The notes below the pieces were generated by a model. The model made no database searches. It was not told the DNA's origin and was given only the letters and a program-made list of their open reading frames with translations. From assembly GCA_965215505.1 (NCBI GenBank), contig OZ244065.1, positions 5,696,001 to 5,760,000 on the forward strand: DNA of 64,000 bases, in the 5' to 3' direction. The stretch comes from Capsulimonadaceae bacterium. GTDB taxonomy: Bacteria > Armatimonadota > Armatimonadia > Armatimonadales > Capsulimonadaceae. Below, piece by piece: positions 1 through 10,797 of the stretch. The translations under genes were made by a program, and so were the position numbers. The first letter of the stretch is position 1. Every line of letters begins with the position of its first letter.

Positions 1-32
1 CCAAGCTGCGGTCGGACGGCGTGAAGGTGTAG
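1..32 (+). CDS. 3' end of an upstream gene (possibly DnaJ/CbpA-type co-chaperone)
   Basis: Frame reads KLRSDGVKV-TAG just before the hspR RBS; identity inferred only from typical dnaJ-hspR-clp synteny. Confidence 0.3.
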   Translation, partial: KLRSDGVKV

Positions 33-43
33 GAGTCAACATC

Positions 44-463
44 ATGGCATTCGTGAAAGACAGGGACGAGCCGATCTATACCATCAGCATCGCCGCCAAG
101 CTGGTCCGCCCCATGACGCGGGCCGCCAGCGGCGCGGAGGCCGCAAAGCCCATCCACGCCCAGACGCTCCGGATGTACGACCGGCTGGGGCTGGTCAAGC
201 CCCGCAAGGTCGGCAAGAACCGCTTCTACTCCGACCGGGACATCGAGCGGCTCCAGCAGATCCAGCATCTGACCCAGGACATCAAGGTCAACCTCAGCGG
301 CGTCGCCTACATCATCTCGCTCCTGGACCAGATGGGCCGGATGGAGATGCTGGGCGAGCGGCTGGAGGCCATGCTGCGCGAGGCGGAGCAGCAGGCCGGG
401 CAGATCGAGCAGAAGCGTTCCGCCGCACGCGCAGAGAGCGACACCGAGGCAGAAGAGGAGTGA
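44..463 (+). CDS. hspR: MerR-family heat-shock transcriptional regulator, HspR-like
   Basis: YTISIAAKL...IHAQTLRMYDRLGLVKP...RFYSDRDIERLQQIQHLTQDIKVNLSGV matches HspR/MerR; AGGAG RBS; directly upstream of a Clp ATPase. Confidence 0.85.
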   Translation: MAFVKDRDEPIYTISIAAKLVRPMTRAASGAEAAKPIHAQTLRMYDRLGLVKPRKVGKNRFYSDRDIERLQQIQHLTQDIKVNLSGVAYIISLLDQMGRMEMLGERLEAMLREAEQQAGQIEQKRSAARAESDTEAEEE

Positions 464-468
464 TCCCC

Positions 469-2919
<2,451 letters not shown>

Positions 2920-2924
2920 CAAGC

Positions 2925-2955
2925 AAAGGGGCAGCCGGAAGGCCGCCCCTTTTTT
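2925..2955 (+). terminator. Rho-independent terminator
   Basis: AAAGGGGCAGCC-GGAA-GGCCGCCCCTTTTTT hairpin plus T run after the clp stop codon. Confidence 0.8.
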
Positions 2956-2983
2956 GTCTGCGACAGGTATAATCCTCCCATAT

Positions 2984-3316
2984 ATGGTAACGGAAACGGA
3001 GTGTGTGACGATTGACAATCAGCTACGCCTCGTACTCTTCGGCCTGGAGTGTGCGCTTGATGTGGAGTTTTCGCCTGCCGTCGTTGAACAGATTCTTTCC
3101 GATTATTCGAGCGATCATGTCTCCATTGAGGTGAAGTGGTACACGCTCTGGGCGGGGCCGCGTCTAAAGGTGACTGGGCGTGTGAAAGATTATGAGCCTG
3201 GAGACATATGGCTCACCGTGGGAGGCCGAAATCAGCTAAAGCCGCCGCTGGCCGCCATCACCGAGAGAGCGAAGTACCAGGCTTACAGACTGGAGCGGTG
3301 CCAGGAACCAGAATGA
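2984..3316 (+). CDS. Hypothetical protein leading the MNT-HEPN array
   Basis: 110-aa ORF, TATAAT at 2968-2973 just upstream, ATGA overlap with the next gene. Confidence 0.6.
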   Translation: MVTETECVTIDNQLRLVLFGLECALDVEFSPAVVEQILSDYSSDHVSIEVKWYTLWAGPRLKVTGRVKDYEPGDIWLTVGGRNQLKPPLAAITERAKYQAYRLERCQEPE

Positions 3317-3642
3317 TCACCCCGAGTCAAATCCATCAAGTCAGTGACGAGATCGCGCGCCGGTTCCAGCCGGAGCGCATCATCCTGTTCGGCTCCTACG
3401 CCTACGGCACGCCTACCGAAGACTCGGACGTGGACCTCCTGGTCGTCATGCCGTTGCCGGACAAGGGGCGGGGTAGGGCCTCGGACATCCGGCCATATCT
3501 GGATGTCACCTTCCCGCTCGATCTTGTTGTCTGCGACCCGGAATATCTAGAGCAGCGGATCGCCATGAACGATTTTTTCCTGCGCGAAATCGCGGAGAGG
3601 GGCAAGGTACTTCATGCAAGCGATTACGCAGCAGTGGGTTAA
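3313..3642 (+). CDS. Minimal nucleotidyltransferase (MNT), antitoxin-like, copy 1
   Basis: ILFGSYAYGTPTEDSDVDLLVV = GS-X10-DXD; about 109 aa; overlaps a HEPN gene. Confidence 0.9.
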   Translation: MITPSQIHQVSDEIARRFQPERIILFGSYAYGTPTEDSDVDLLVVMPLPDKGRGRASDIRPYLDVTFPLDLVVCDPEYLEQRIAMNDFFLREIAERGKVLHASDYAAVG

Positions 3643-4000
3643 GAAAGCTGAAGGAGACTGGGTCAGCATGGGCCGTGAGGGGCTGGCGCAGAATGATCCC
3701 AACTACGACCTCACCTGCTACCTAGCGCAGCAGTGCGCCGAGAAGTATCTGAAAGCGCGGCTGCAAGAAGCCAATTTGGCCTTCCCTAAAACACACAACC
3801 TGCTCGCTCTGCTGGCCCTCATCCTACCCATTGAGCCGTCCTGGAACGTGTTGCAGGCGGCACTCACCAAGCTTGACGACTACAGCGTGGAGTTCCGCTA
3901 TCCTGGCCGCGACGCCACTGCCATGGACGCGCAGGACGCACAGCAGTTTTGCCGCATCGTGCGTGAAGTCGCCCGCCGAAGCTTCGGTCTGCCAACATGA
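3614..4000 (+). CDS. HEPN domain protein, copy 1
   Basis: WVKKAEGD...CYLAQQCAEKYLKA...PKTHNL...FRYPG typical HEPN pattern. Confidence 0.9.
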   Translation: MQAITQQWVKKAEGDWVSMGREGLAQNDPNYDLTCYLAQQCAEKYLKARLQEANLAFPKTHNLLALLALILPIEPSWNVLQAALTKLDDYSVEFRYPGRDATAMDAQDAQQFCRIVREVARRSFGLPT

Positions 4001-4326
4001 TAGACGCCGCCCAAATCTATCAGGTCAGCGAGGAGATCGCGCGCCGGTTCCAGCCGGAGCGCATCATCCTGTTTGGTTCCTATGCTTATGGGACGCCCAA
4101 TGAAGACTCCGACGTAGACCTCTTGGTCATCATGCCCTTTGAAGGGAGAACGGCAAAGCAAGCGGTTGAGATTCGAGGTGCCGTTTATGCTGGTTTCGCG
4201 ATGGACCTAATACCTATTACGCCGGAGAAGCTTAAGTACCGTCTGGAAATCAATGACTTCTTTTTGCGGGAGGTTGTCGAGAAAGGGAAGGTCCTTTATG
4301 ATGCCAGCCACGCAGGAGTGGGTTGA
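3997..4326 (+). CDS. Minimal nucleotidyltransferase (MNT), antitoxin-like, copy 2
   Basis: ILFGSYAYGTPNEDSDVDLLVI; paralog of 3313-3642. Confidence 0.9.
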   Translation: MIDAAQIYQVSEEIARRFQPERIILFGSYAYGTPNEDSDVDLLVIMPFEGRTAKQAVEIRGAVYAGFAMDLIPITPEKLKYRLEINDFFLREVVEKGKVLYDASHAGVG

Positions 4327-4681
4327 CCGAGCTGAGGACTGGGATATCGCCGGCTTGACGTTCCGCTCACGCAAAACACCCCGCTATAACGGGTGCTGCT
4401 TCCACGCCCAGCAGTGTGCGGAAAAGTATCTCAAGGCACAACTTCAAGAGGAGATTTTAACCATCCCCAAGATACATGACTTAGGAAGGTTACTCGATCT
4501 GCTGCTCCCGGCTCATCCGCTGTGGGCCGCGATGCGTCCTACACTCGACCTGCTGACCGTTTATGCAGTCGCAATCCGTTACCCAGGCGACTCCGCTGAT
4601 AAAGAGGAGGCACGGGAGGCGATGAAACTCTGCCGTGGTGTACGGCACGAATTGCGGCTCAGTCTTGGGTTACCGGTTTGA
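4298..4681 (+). CDS. HEPN domain protein, copy 2
   Basis: CFHAQQCAEKYLKA...PKIHDL...AIRYPG. Confidence 0.9.
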   Translation: MMPATQEWVDRAEDWDIAGLTFRSRKTPRYNGCCFHAQQCAEKYLKAQLQEEILTIPKIHDLGRLLDLLLPAHPLWAAMRPTLDLLTVYAVAIRYPGDSADKEEAREAMKLCRGVRHELRLSLGLPV

Positions 4682-4694
4682 TGGTAGCCAACGT

Positions 4695-5864
4695 ATGAGA
4701 GTGCGGTGGTCGGGCGCGTTCTGGGTCATCCTAGCGATACCCTGGATGATTGGGACTTGCCGCGCCGATAGCCCCCCTCCCCCGCGCGCCGTCATCCTGC
4801 CGAGCGCCGCGTCATCCGGCTTCCCCACTGTAGACCGCATCACCCTCGTCTACTACCCTGCCACGACGAATTCTCAGCCGATGCCCGCCGTCGTCGTCCT
4901 GCCGCCGAGTGGGGGGAGCGCGCGGGACCCCATCCTGCGGCGGCTGGCACGGCACCTCGCCGGGCGGGGAATCGCCTGCGCCGTCATGGACCTGCCCTAT
5001 CACGGCTACCGGCAGCGGCGTAATGTCGCACCCGCCGCGCCGTATTTAGAGGGCAGCGTCGCGTCTTCGGTGCAGGCATTGGGGCAGGCCGCTTCCGATG
5101 TCCATACCGTCACGTCCTGGCTGTCCGTGCAGCCCGGTGTGGACCCGCACCGTCTGGGCATCGTCGGAATCAGTTTGGGCGCAATCGTGGCGCATCTGGC
5201 AATGGGGGAGGATGACCGGCTGACGGCGGGCGTCGCCGTCGTGGGTGGGGGAGATTTACCCGATCTGTCCCGGACGAGCGCCCTGGTCCGGCTCCTGCGG
5301 CGGCTCTACTCCCAGCCCCTGGACCCGGCGACATTGGGCGGGCTGCGCGTCGTGGACCCTTTGACCTACGCCGCCCGCAACCGGCCGCGCCGCGTCCTGA
5401 TGATCGAGGCCGCCCGCGACTCACTTGTCCCGCCGCGCGACGCGACCGAGCTGTGGGAGGCCCTGGGCAGGCCGCCGATCCAGTGGCTGGACGTGAACCA
5501 CTTCGCCCTCGGCCTGACGCCTGAACCCGCCTTCCGGGCCGCTTCGGCTTACCTCTGGTCCGTCTGGGACGGACGACCCGCCACCAGCGGCGATGCCTTG
5601 CCGCAGGCCGCCGCGCCCACCCTCAAGTTCGGCCTGCTGGCGCAGTGGGGGCGGCCCGTCACGCCCTCCGTCCAGTGGCAGTTCTTCACGTTCGCCCACC
5701 GCCGCGATCACGTCTCCCTGCTTCATGCCGACCTCGGCCTGACCGGGCGCGGCCTCTTCCTCGGCCTTGGCGCGACCGTGACGCCCTTCGTGGATGCCGG
5801 CGTCTCGCCACGCTTCGACGGTCGCGGCGTCCGCCCCTACGTCGCCTTCCATGTCGTGCTGTGA
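4695..5864 (+). CDS. Secreted alpha/beta hydrolase with C-terminal beta-strand-rich domain
   Basis: Signal-peptide-like N-terminus, GISLG nucleophile elbow, RDSLVP Asp, VNH His. Confidence 0.8.
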   Translation: MRVRWSGAFWVILAIPWMIGTCRADSPPPPRAVILPSAASSGFPTVDRITLVYYPATTNSQPMPAVVVLPPSGGSARDPILRRLARHLAGRGIACAVMDLPYHGYRQRRNVAPAAPYLEGSVASSVQALGQAASDVHTVTSWLSVQPGVDPHRLGIVGISLGAIVAHLAMGEDDRLTAGVAVVGGGDLPDLSRTSALVRLLRRLYSQPLDPATLGGLRVVDPLTYAARNRPRRVLMIEAARDSLVPPRDATELWEALGRPPIQWLDVNHFALGLTPEPAFRAASAYLWSVWDGRPATSGDALPQAAAPTLKFGLLAQWGRPVTPSVQWQFFTFAHRRDHVSLLHADLGLTGRGLFLGLGATVTPFVDAGVSPRFDGRGVRPYVAFHVVL

Positions 5865-5876
5865 CGCCGATCAGGC

Positions 5877-7055
5877 TTACTCTCCTGCGGCGTCAGCAGG
5901 CAACGGATTCTCTTGCAGGGCCTTCTGAGCCAGTTTCTTGTAAAGCTCATCGTCGAGTGTCAGCACCTTCTCCCAGGCTTGCCGCGCCCTACTGACATCG
6001 CCTAGGTTGTTGAGGGATTGTCCCAGGAAATAGAAAGGTTGTCCCCAATTTGGCATCTGCTCCACTGCTTTCTGAAACCACTCCGCAGCAGGAGCGTAGT
6101 CTTTGGCCTGCCAATAGACGCTGCCGATGTTGTAAAGAAGCCACTTCTCCGAGTAGCCCAGTTCGTTTGCTTTGGCATAGGCGTTGAGGGCATCTTCAGG
6201 CCGTTGCGCTACCTGATAGGCGTACCCCAGATGAAAGAACGTGGTACTGTTTTCGGGCTGATACTGAGCGAGTCGCTCAAACTCCGTAACAAGGGCGGCT
6301 TTATCCCCTTTGTCCTTTAGAGCGAGGAAAAGCTTACCAACCTCTTTATCCCTGCTTGGAACGACGCTGTCATCCGTCGGTAGTTCCAGAACGCGGCAGG
6401 CGGTATATCGATTTTCCTCCGGCACGGAGGCCACCCATTCCTCAAGACTGCTTGCCTTGATGATGGAGAACATGTCGTGGACACCTACTGCCTTTTCCAG
6501 CGCGTAGCCGATTCGCGCCAGGCTTTCAGTAAATTCCGGTGAATAGACAGGCTCGCCTGACAGAACATATCGCCGCGTACCCTGATCTGAATCCCGCAAC
6601 AGATCCATGTCAGCCTTGCCTTCGGTCGCTAGCCAGTTCTTCCTAATGCGCTCCGCATAGTCTTGAAAACCTTGGTTGAACAAAAATCCGCGCGAGGTGT
6701 AGGTTGCCATTAACTCATTTATCCATAGTTCGCGAGCGAGTCCATTCCGTCCCGCAGTCACACGATGGTACATCTCGTGCGCGATAATCTCACAAAGCTG
6801 CTCCTTCGATGTCACCTGATTGGATATGGTGATCATATGGACGCCCAGGGTAAGGCAGTGGAAAGAACGCTCACCTTGAGCTACCTTGTAGGCCCTCTTC
6901 GGGTCCAACGGAGGGCCGAAAAAACGAACGCAGCAGCGATACGCTTCGTCGGCGTACTGATCTACAACGGCCGCTATCTCTGGTGGGAAGGCTGTGGAAA
7001 CAGAATACTCTCTGGCGCGCTGCAATACTCCGCGCCAATGCCGGAAAAGTGACAT
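5877..7055 (-). CDS. HEXXH zinc peptidase-like domain fused to TPR repeats
   Basis: IIAHEMYH plus downstream WINE; C-terminal TPR repeats (FFHLGYAY, LYNIGSVY, FYFLGQSL); GGAG RBS; more AT-rich than its neighbours. Confidence 0.75.
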   Translation of the reverse strand: MSLFRHWRGVLQRAREYSVSTAFPPEIAAVVDQYADEAYRCCVRFFGPPLDPKRAYKVAQGERSFHCLTLGVHMITISNQVTSKEQLCEIIAHEMYHRVTAGRNGLARELWINELMATYTSRGFLFNQGFQDYAERIRKNWLATEGKADMDLLRDSDQGTRRYVLSGEPVYSPEFTESLARIGYALEKAVGVHDMFSIIKASSLEEWVASVPEENRYTACRVLELPTDDSVVPSRDKEVGKLFLALKDKGDKAALVTEFERLAQYQPENSTTFFHLGYAYQVAQRPEDALNAYAKANELGYSEKWLLYNIGSVYWQAKDYAPAAEWFQKAVEQMPNWGQPFYFLGQSLNNLGDVSRARQAWEKVLTLDDELYKKLAQKALQENPLPADAAGE

Positions 7056-7063
7056 GGCCGCTC

Positions 7064-8071
7064 CTACTTCTCGTCCATCACGACCTTCGCCATCACGTCG
7101 CCGACGGCTTTGAGGCTCTGGGGGCTGCACTTGTCCGCCGTGTCCTCCAGCGTGTGCCAATAGGGGTAGTCGAAGTCAATGAGGTCAATGGCGGGGATGC
7201 CGTTGTTGTTGAAGGCGACGTGGTCGTCGCCGATGCCCCCCTGGAGGCTGTCGGGGAACTGCGCCGAATAACCCAGCGCGGCGGCGGCCGACCAGACCTT
7301 GTCGTTGAGTTCCGGGTGCTGCCCCTGCGAGCCAAGCTCGCGGTGGATCATCAGGTCCTTCTGACCGATCATGTCCAGCAGGATGGCATAATCGGGCTTG
7401 TAGACGCCCGGACGCGCGGCAAAGTAGCGCGCGCCGAGGTACATCTTGTTCTCGCCCGGCCCCCAGTCCTCGCCGTCCACGAACAGCAGGATGACGCCCA
7501 CGGTGGGCCGCTTGGCGTGGAAGACGCGCGCCAGTTCCAGCAGCGTCGCCACGCCCGAAGCGCCGTCATCCGCACCCATGATGGGCTTGTCCTTGTGCTC
7601 CAAATCCTGGTCCGCCGTCGGGCGCGTGTCCCAGTGGGTGAACAGCAGGACCTTCTTGGTGGCGGCCGGGTTGATGACGCCGATGATGTTGGTCAGGTGC
7701 AGGGTCACGTTCCGGTCACTATCGCGGTAGGGGAACGCCTGCGTGTCGGCCTTGTCCACATACGGCTTGAGCTGCTGGAGGATGTAGTCTTTGCACTTCT
7801 CGTGGGCCGCCGAGCCGGGCGGGCGGACGCCGAGGTCGCACTGTGCTTTGAGCATGCCGTAGGCACGGTCGCCGTCAAAGGCGGAACGGACGGCGAGCGG
7901 GGCCGGTGCCGGGGCGGGCGGCGGAGGGGAAGGCTCGGCTTGGGAGTTCGTCCGGCAGCCCGCCGTGAGCAGGAGGGCCGAAAGGGAGAGGAACGAAAGC
8001 AGGGCGGGGCGGCGGTGAAGGGTGGTTGTCACGGGTGTTCTCGCGGGCCGCATCGGCGGCGTGGGGTTCAA
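7064..8071 (-). CDS. M28 family peptidase / glutaminyl cyclase-like lipoprotein
   Basis: LTAGC lipobox, HWDTRP, GADDGASG, DGED, DMIG, DDH, YWHT; start uncertain. Confidence 0.88.
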   Translation of the reverse strand: MNPTPPMRPARTPVTTTLHRRPALLSFLSLSALLLTAGCRTNSQAEPSPPPPAPAPAPLAVRSAFDGDRAYGMLKAQCDLGVRPPGSAAHEKCKDYILQQLKPYVDKADTQAFPYRDSDRNVTLHLTNIIGVINPAATKKVLLFTHWDTRPTADQDLEHKDKPIMGADDGASGVATLLELARVFHAKRPTVGVILLFVDGEDWGPGENKMYLGARYFAARPGVYKPDYAILLDMIGQKDLMIHRELGSQGQHPELNDKVWSAAAALGYSAQFPDSLQGGIGDDHVAFNNNGIPAIDLIDFDYPYWHTLEDTADKCSPQSLKAVGDVMAKVVMDEK

Positions 8072-8105
8072 AGAAAAGGCGGCAGAAAAAGAAGACGGCA
8101 GAAAG

Positions 8106-8129
8106 AGGGCAGGGGGACCCTGCCCCTAC
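8106..8129 (-). repeat. GTAG-type REP-like palindrome
   Basis: Reverse complement GTAGGGGCAGGGTCCCCCTGCCCT. Confidence 0.7.
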
Positions 8130-8139
8130 GGGATGGGCG

Positions 8140-8829
8140 TCACTTCGTCGCGACGCGGCCCTCGACGGCGTTGCTGATCGTCTTGTGGGCGCTCAGATAG
8201 TCGCCCAGGCTCTTGGCGACCGAAACTCCGGTGTCGTCCGCGATGTCCTTCTGGTTCCAGATTTGGAAGTAGCCCAGGCTGCCGCCCGCGATGGGGCGCG
8301 TCGTGGCGACCCGGTAGGTCTTGCCCGCGTCTACGGCGCTCCCGTCCACTTCGACCGAGGACACGCGCTTGCCCTCCGACTGGCTCGGGCTGTAGCGCAT
8401 CTGGAGGCCCGACACCTGCAAGAACCCGTCGAAGGGCTGCGGCGCGCGGGAGACGGAACGCTCGGCGACTTTCAGGAGCTGTGCCCCGGTCAGGCTCAGG
8501 ACGACCACCGTATCGCTCGGGTCATCGGCGTAGCGCAAGGTGCCGACGATGGCGCTCGGCTCGGTCTTGCCTGCCGCCACTAAAGCCTTGCCGTTGATCT
8601 CGTCGGCGGGGACCAGGCCGACCTGCGCCTTCCCCGTCGCCCGGACGGCGTCCGCGACCAGGTCACCCAGGTTCGTCTCGCCTGCCGCCACTCCCGACCC
8701 GGAGAGGGCTGTCTGCACCTGCACGGGGTCCTTGCCGTTCTTGTCCTTCATGGCCGACGGCGCGGCAGGCGCGGCGGCGGTCAGGACCGCCAGGGCCATT
8801 CCAAAAAAGATGATCACGGGCGTTTTCAT
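8140..8829 (-). CDS. Secreted 5'-nucleotidase C-terminal-domain-only protein
   Basis: GETNLGDLVADAVR, LTGAQL, GFLQVSGL, TYRVAT; signal peptide; no metallophosphoesterase domain. Confidence 0.8.
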   Translation of the reverse strand: MKTPVIIFFGMALAVLTAAAPAAPSAMKDKNGKDPVQVQTALSGSGVAAGETNLGDLVADAVRATGKAQVGLVPADEINGKALVAAGKTEPSAIVGTLRYADDPSDTVVVLSLTGAQLLKVAERSVSRAPQPFDGFLQVSGLQMRYSPSQSEGKRVSSVEVDGSAVDAGKTYRVATTRPIAGGSLGYFQIWNQKDIADDTGVSVAKSLGDYLSAHKTISNAVEGRVATK

Positions 8830-8833
8830 GGTG

Positions 8834-9946
8834 TCAGGCGTCCTGGTGTTTCTGTCCCTGCTGCCAGCGCAGGAACTCGTCAATGAAGTCGTCGAACTCG
8901 CCGTTCATCACGCGCTGGATGTCGCCGGTCTTGTGCCCGGTCCGGTCGTCGGTCACGCGCGTCTCCGGGTTGAAAAAGTAGTTGCGGATCTGGTGCCCGA
9001 AGGCGATGTCCTGGCGGTCCCCGCGCAGGCCGTCGATCCCCGCCCGCTGCTCCTGCCGCGCGATCTCCAGCAGCCGGGCCTTCAAGGTCCGCAGGGCGCG
9101 CTCGTAGTTCTGGAGCTGGGAACGCTGGTCCTGGCAGGTCACGACGATGCCGGTCGGTAGGTGCGTCAGCCGCACCGCCGTCTCGTTCTTCTGGACGTTC
9201 TGGCCGCCCGCGCCCCGGCTCAGGGTGTGTTCGCGCTTCAGGTCCTTCAGCGGGATCTCGGTCTCCTCCACCTCGGCAACCTCGGGGACGACGTCCACGC
9301 CCGCGAACGAAGTCTCCCGCGTCTTGTTGAAAGGTGAGATACGCACCAGCCGGTGGACGCCCCGCTCCCCTTGCAGCAGCCCGTAGGCGTTCTTGCCCTC
9401 GATGCGAAGCGACGTACTCTTCAGCCCCGCGACGTCGCCCTCCACCTCGTCCATCAGCTCGGCCTTGAACCCGTGCCGGTCCGCCCAGCGCAGGTACATC
9501 CGCTGCAAGAGCGACGTCCAGTCGTTGGCGTCCGCGCCGCCCGCGCCCGCGTTGATTTCGAGGATGGCCGGTGCGCCGTCGTGCGGCCCGGAAAGCAGCG
9601 TCTCGACTTCCAGCTTGTCCAGCGCCCCCATGATGCCCGAAAGCTCCCCTTGCAATTCCGGGGCGTAGACATCCGGGTCGTCCTCCATCTCGGCAAGCTC
9701 GGCCAGGGTCCGGGCGTCGTCCACGCGCTTGCGGACGGCCTGCCACGGGTCCAGGCTCTCTTTGAGCGAGTTCAGCCGCTGCATCTGCACCTGCGCGCCC
9801 GCCGGGTCGTCCCAGAAACCGGGGTCTGAGGCCGCCGCTTCCAGCGTCCCGATCTCGCGTGTGCGCCCGTCCAGGTCCAGCGGCTTGCTCAGGGCGTCCA
9901 GCCTCGCTTCCGCCCCTTCTATCTCTTTGACGACTTCTTCCAGCAC
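8834..9946 (-). CDS. prfB: Peptide chain release factor 2 (divergent, no programmed frameshift)
   Basis: FWDDP, GAGGADANDW, GVHRLVRISPF, GAGGQ, RSQLQN, FGHQIRNY; GTG start gives 370 aa. Confidence 0.9.
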   Translation of the reverse strand: MLEEVVKEIEGAEARLDALSKPLDLDGRTREIGTLEAAASDPGFWDDPAGAQVQMQRLNSLKESLDPWQAVRKRVDDARTLAELAEMEDDPDVYAPELQGELSGIMGALDKLEVETLLSGPHDGAPAILEINAGAGGADANDWTSLLQRMYLRWADRHGFKAELMDEVEGDVAGLKSTSLRIEGKNAYGLLQGERGVHRLVRISPFNKTRETSFAGVDVVPEVAEVEETEIPLKDLKREHTLSRGAGGQNVQKNETAVRLTHLPTGIVVTCQDQRSQLQNYERALRTLKARLLEIARQEQRAGIDGLRGDRQDIAFGHQIRNYFFNPETRVTDDRTGHKTGDIQRVMNGEFDDFIDEFLRWQQGQKHQDA

Positions 9947-10039
9947 TTCGTTCCCTCTGCTCTTAGTATACCACATGCCCCAATGCCTGCCGCGCCGGGT
10001 ATCATGGTGCTTGGTGAAACGGGGCGGGAAGGGGGGAGC

Positions 10040-10666
10040 ATGGAAACGACGGCGGCCTTGGAGCGTATGGCAGAGCGGGGGGACGCCCGCGCTCATTTTA
10101 ACTTGGGCTACCGGCTCGCCTACGGCAGAAATTGTCCGCGCCCGACGGACTGGCCCGCCGTCGCCGCGCACTGGCGGGCGGCAGCGGAGGCGGGACATGC
10201 GCGGGCGCAGTTCTACCTCGGCGTCTGCTATGAACACGGGTGCGGCGTCCCCCAGAGCATGAAGGTTGCCCTTGCTTGGTGGGAGGCGGCGGCTCATAGG
10301 GGCCACGAGTCGGCGGCCTACAACCTCGCCTTCAGCTACCGCGAAGGCGACGGCGTCGAGCAGAACGATGGGATGATGCTGCACTGGCTGGAGAAGGCCG
10401 TCAAGTTCGGTTCCTTTGACGCGCAGCGCGACCTGGGCGTCTGCTACCACGAGGGCCGGGGCGTCACCATGGACGACGTCAAAGCCGTCTTCTGGTACAA
10501 GAAGGCAGCGGAGGGAGGCGACCGAAAGGCCATGTACAATCTGGGCCTGTGCTACGCGGCGGGCACCGGCGTCGCCGCCTCGCCGCGCTGGGCGCGCTTC
10601 TGGTTCGGCAAGGCCGCCGCGCTGGGCCACCGGACGGCACGAGCGCGGCTGAGGCGGATGGGCTGA
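10040..10666 (+). CDS. Sel1-repeat protein
   Basis: Repeated AQFYLGVCY..G.G / AMYNLGLCY..G.G / WY.KAA..G units. Confidence 0.9.
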   Translation: METTAALERMAERGDARAHFNLGYRLAYGRNCPRPTDWPAVAAHWRAAAEAGHARAQFYLGVCYEHGCGVPQSMKVALAWWEAAAHRGHESAAYNLAFSYREGDGVEQNDGMMLHWLEKAVKFGSFDAQRDLGVCYHEGRGVTMDDVKAVFWYKKAAEGGDRKAMYNLGLCYAAGTGVAASPRWARFWFGKAAALGHRTARARLRRMG

Positions 10667-10689
10667 TTAGGGCGTCAGGGAAGGGAAGG

Positions 10690-10756
10690 AGGGCAGGGGA
10701 ACCCTGGCCTTACGGCATTCGGATCGATCCGCGTAGGGGCGGGGTCCCCCCGCCCT
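10690..10756. repeat. Inverted REP pair (REPIN-like)
   Basis: Minus-strand GTAAGGCCAGGGTTCCCCTGCCCT (10690-10713) and plus-strand GTAGGGGCGGGGTCCCCCCGCCCT (10733-10756) between convergent genes. Confidence 0.75.
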
Positions 10757-10797
10757 CCTCCTTGCCCTCTTTCCTTGCCCTTCCTACCGCCCTCCGC

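Noticed and set aside
3614-4681. Calling the HEPN genes hepT
   Set aside because: They lack the RX4HXY motif, so toxin activity is not established
9947-10630. Apparent 228-aa N-terminal extension of RF2 in the ORF track
   Set aside because: Antisense to the Sel1 gene; a TATACT -10 box at 9965-9970 and GTG at 9946 give a normal-length RF2
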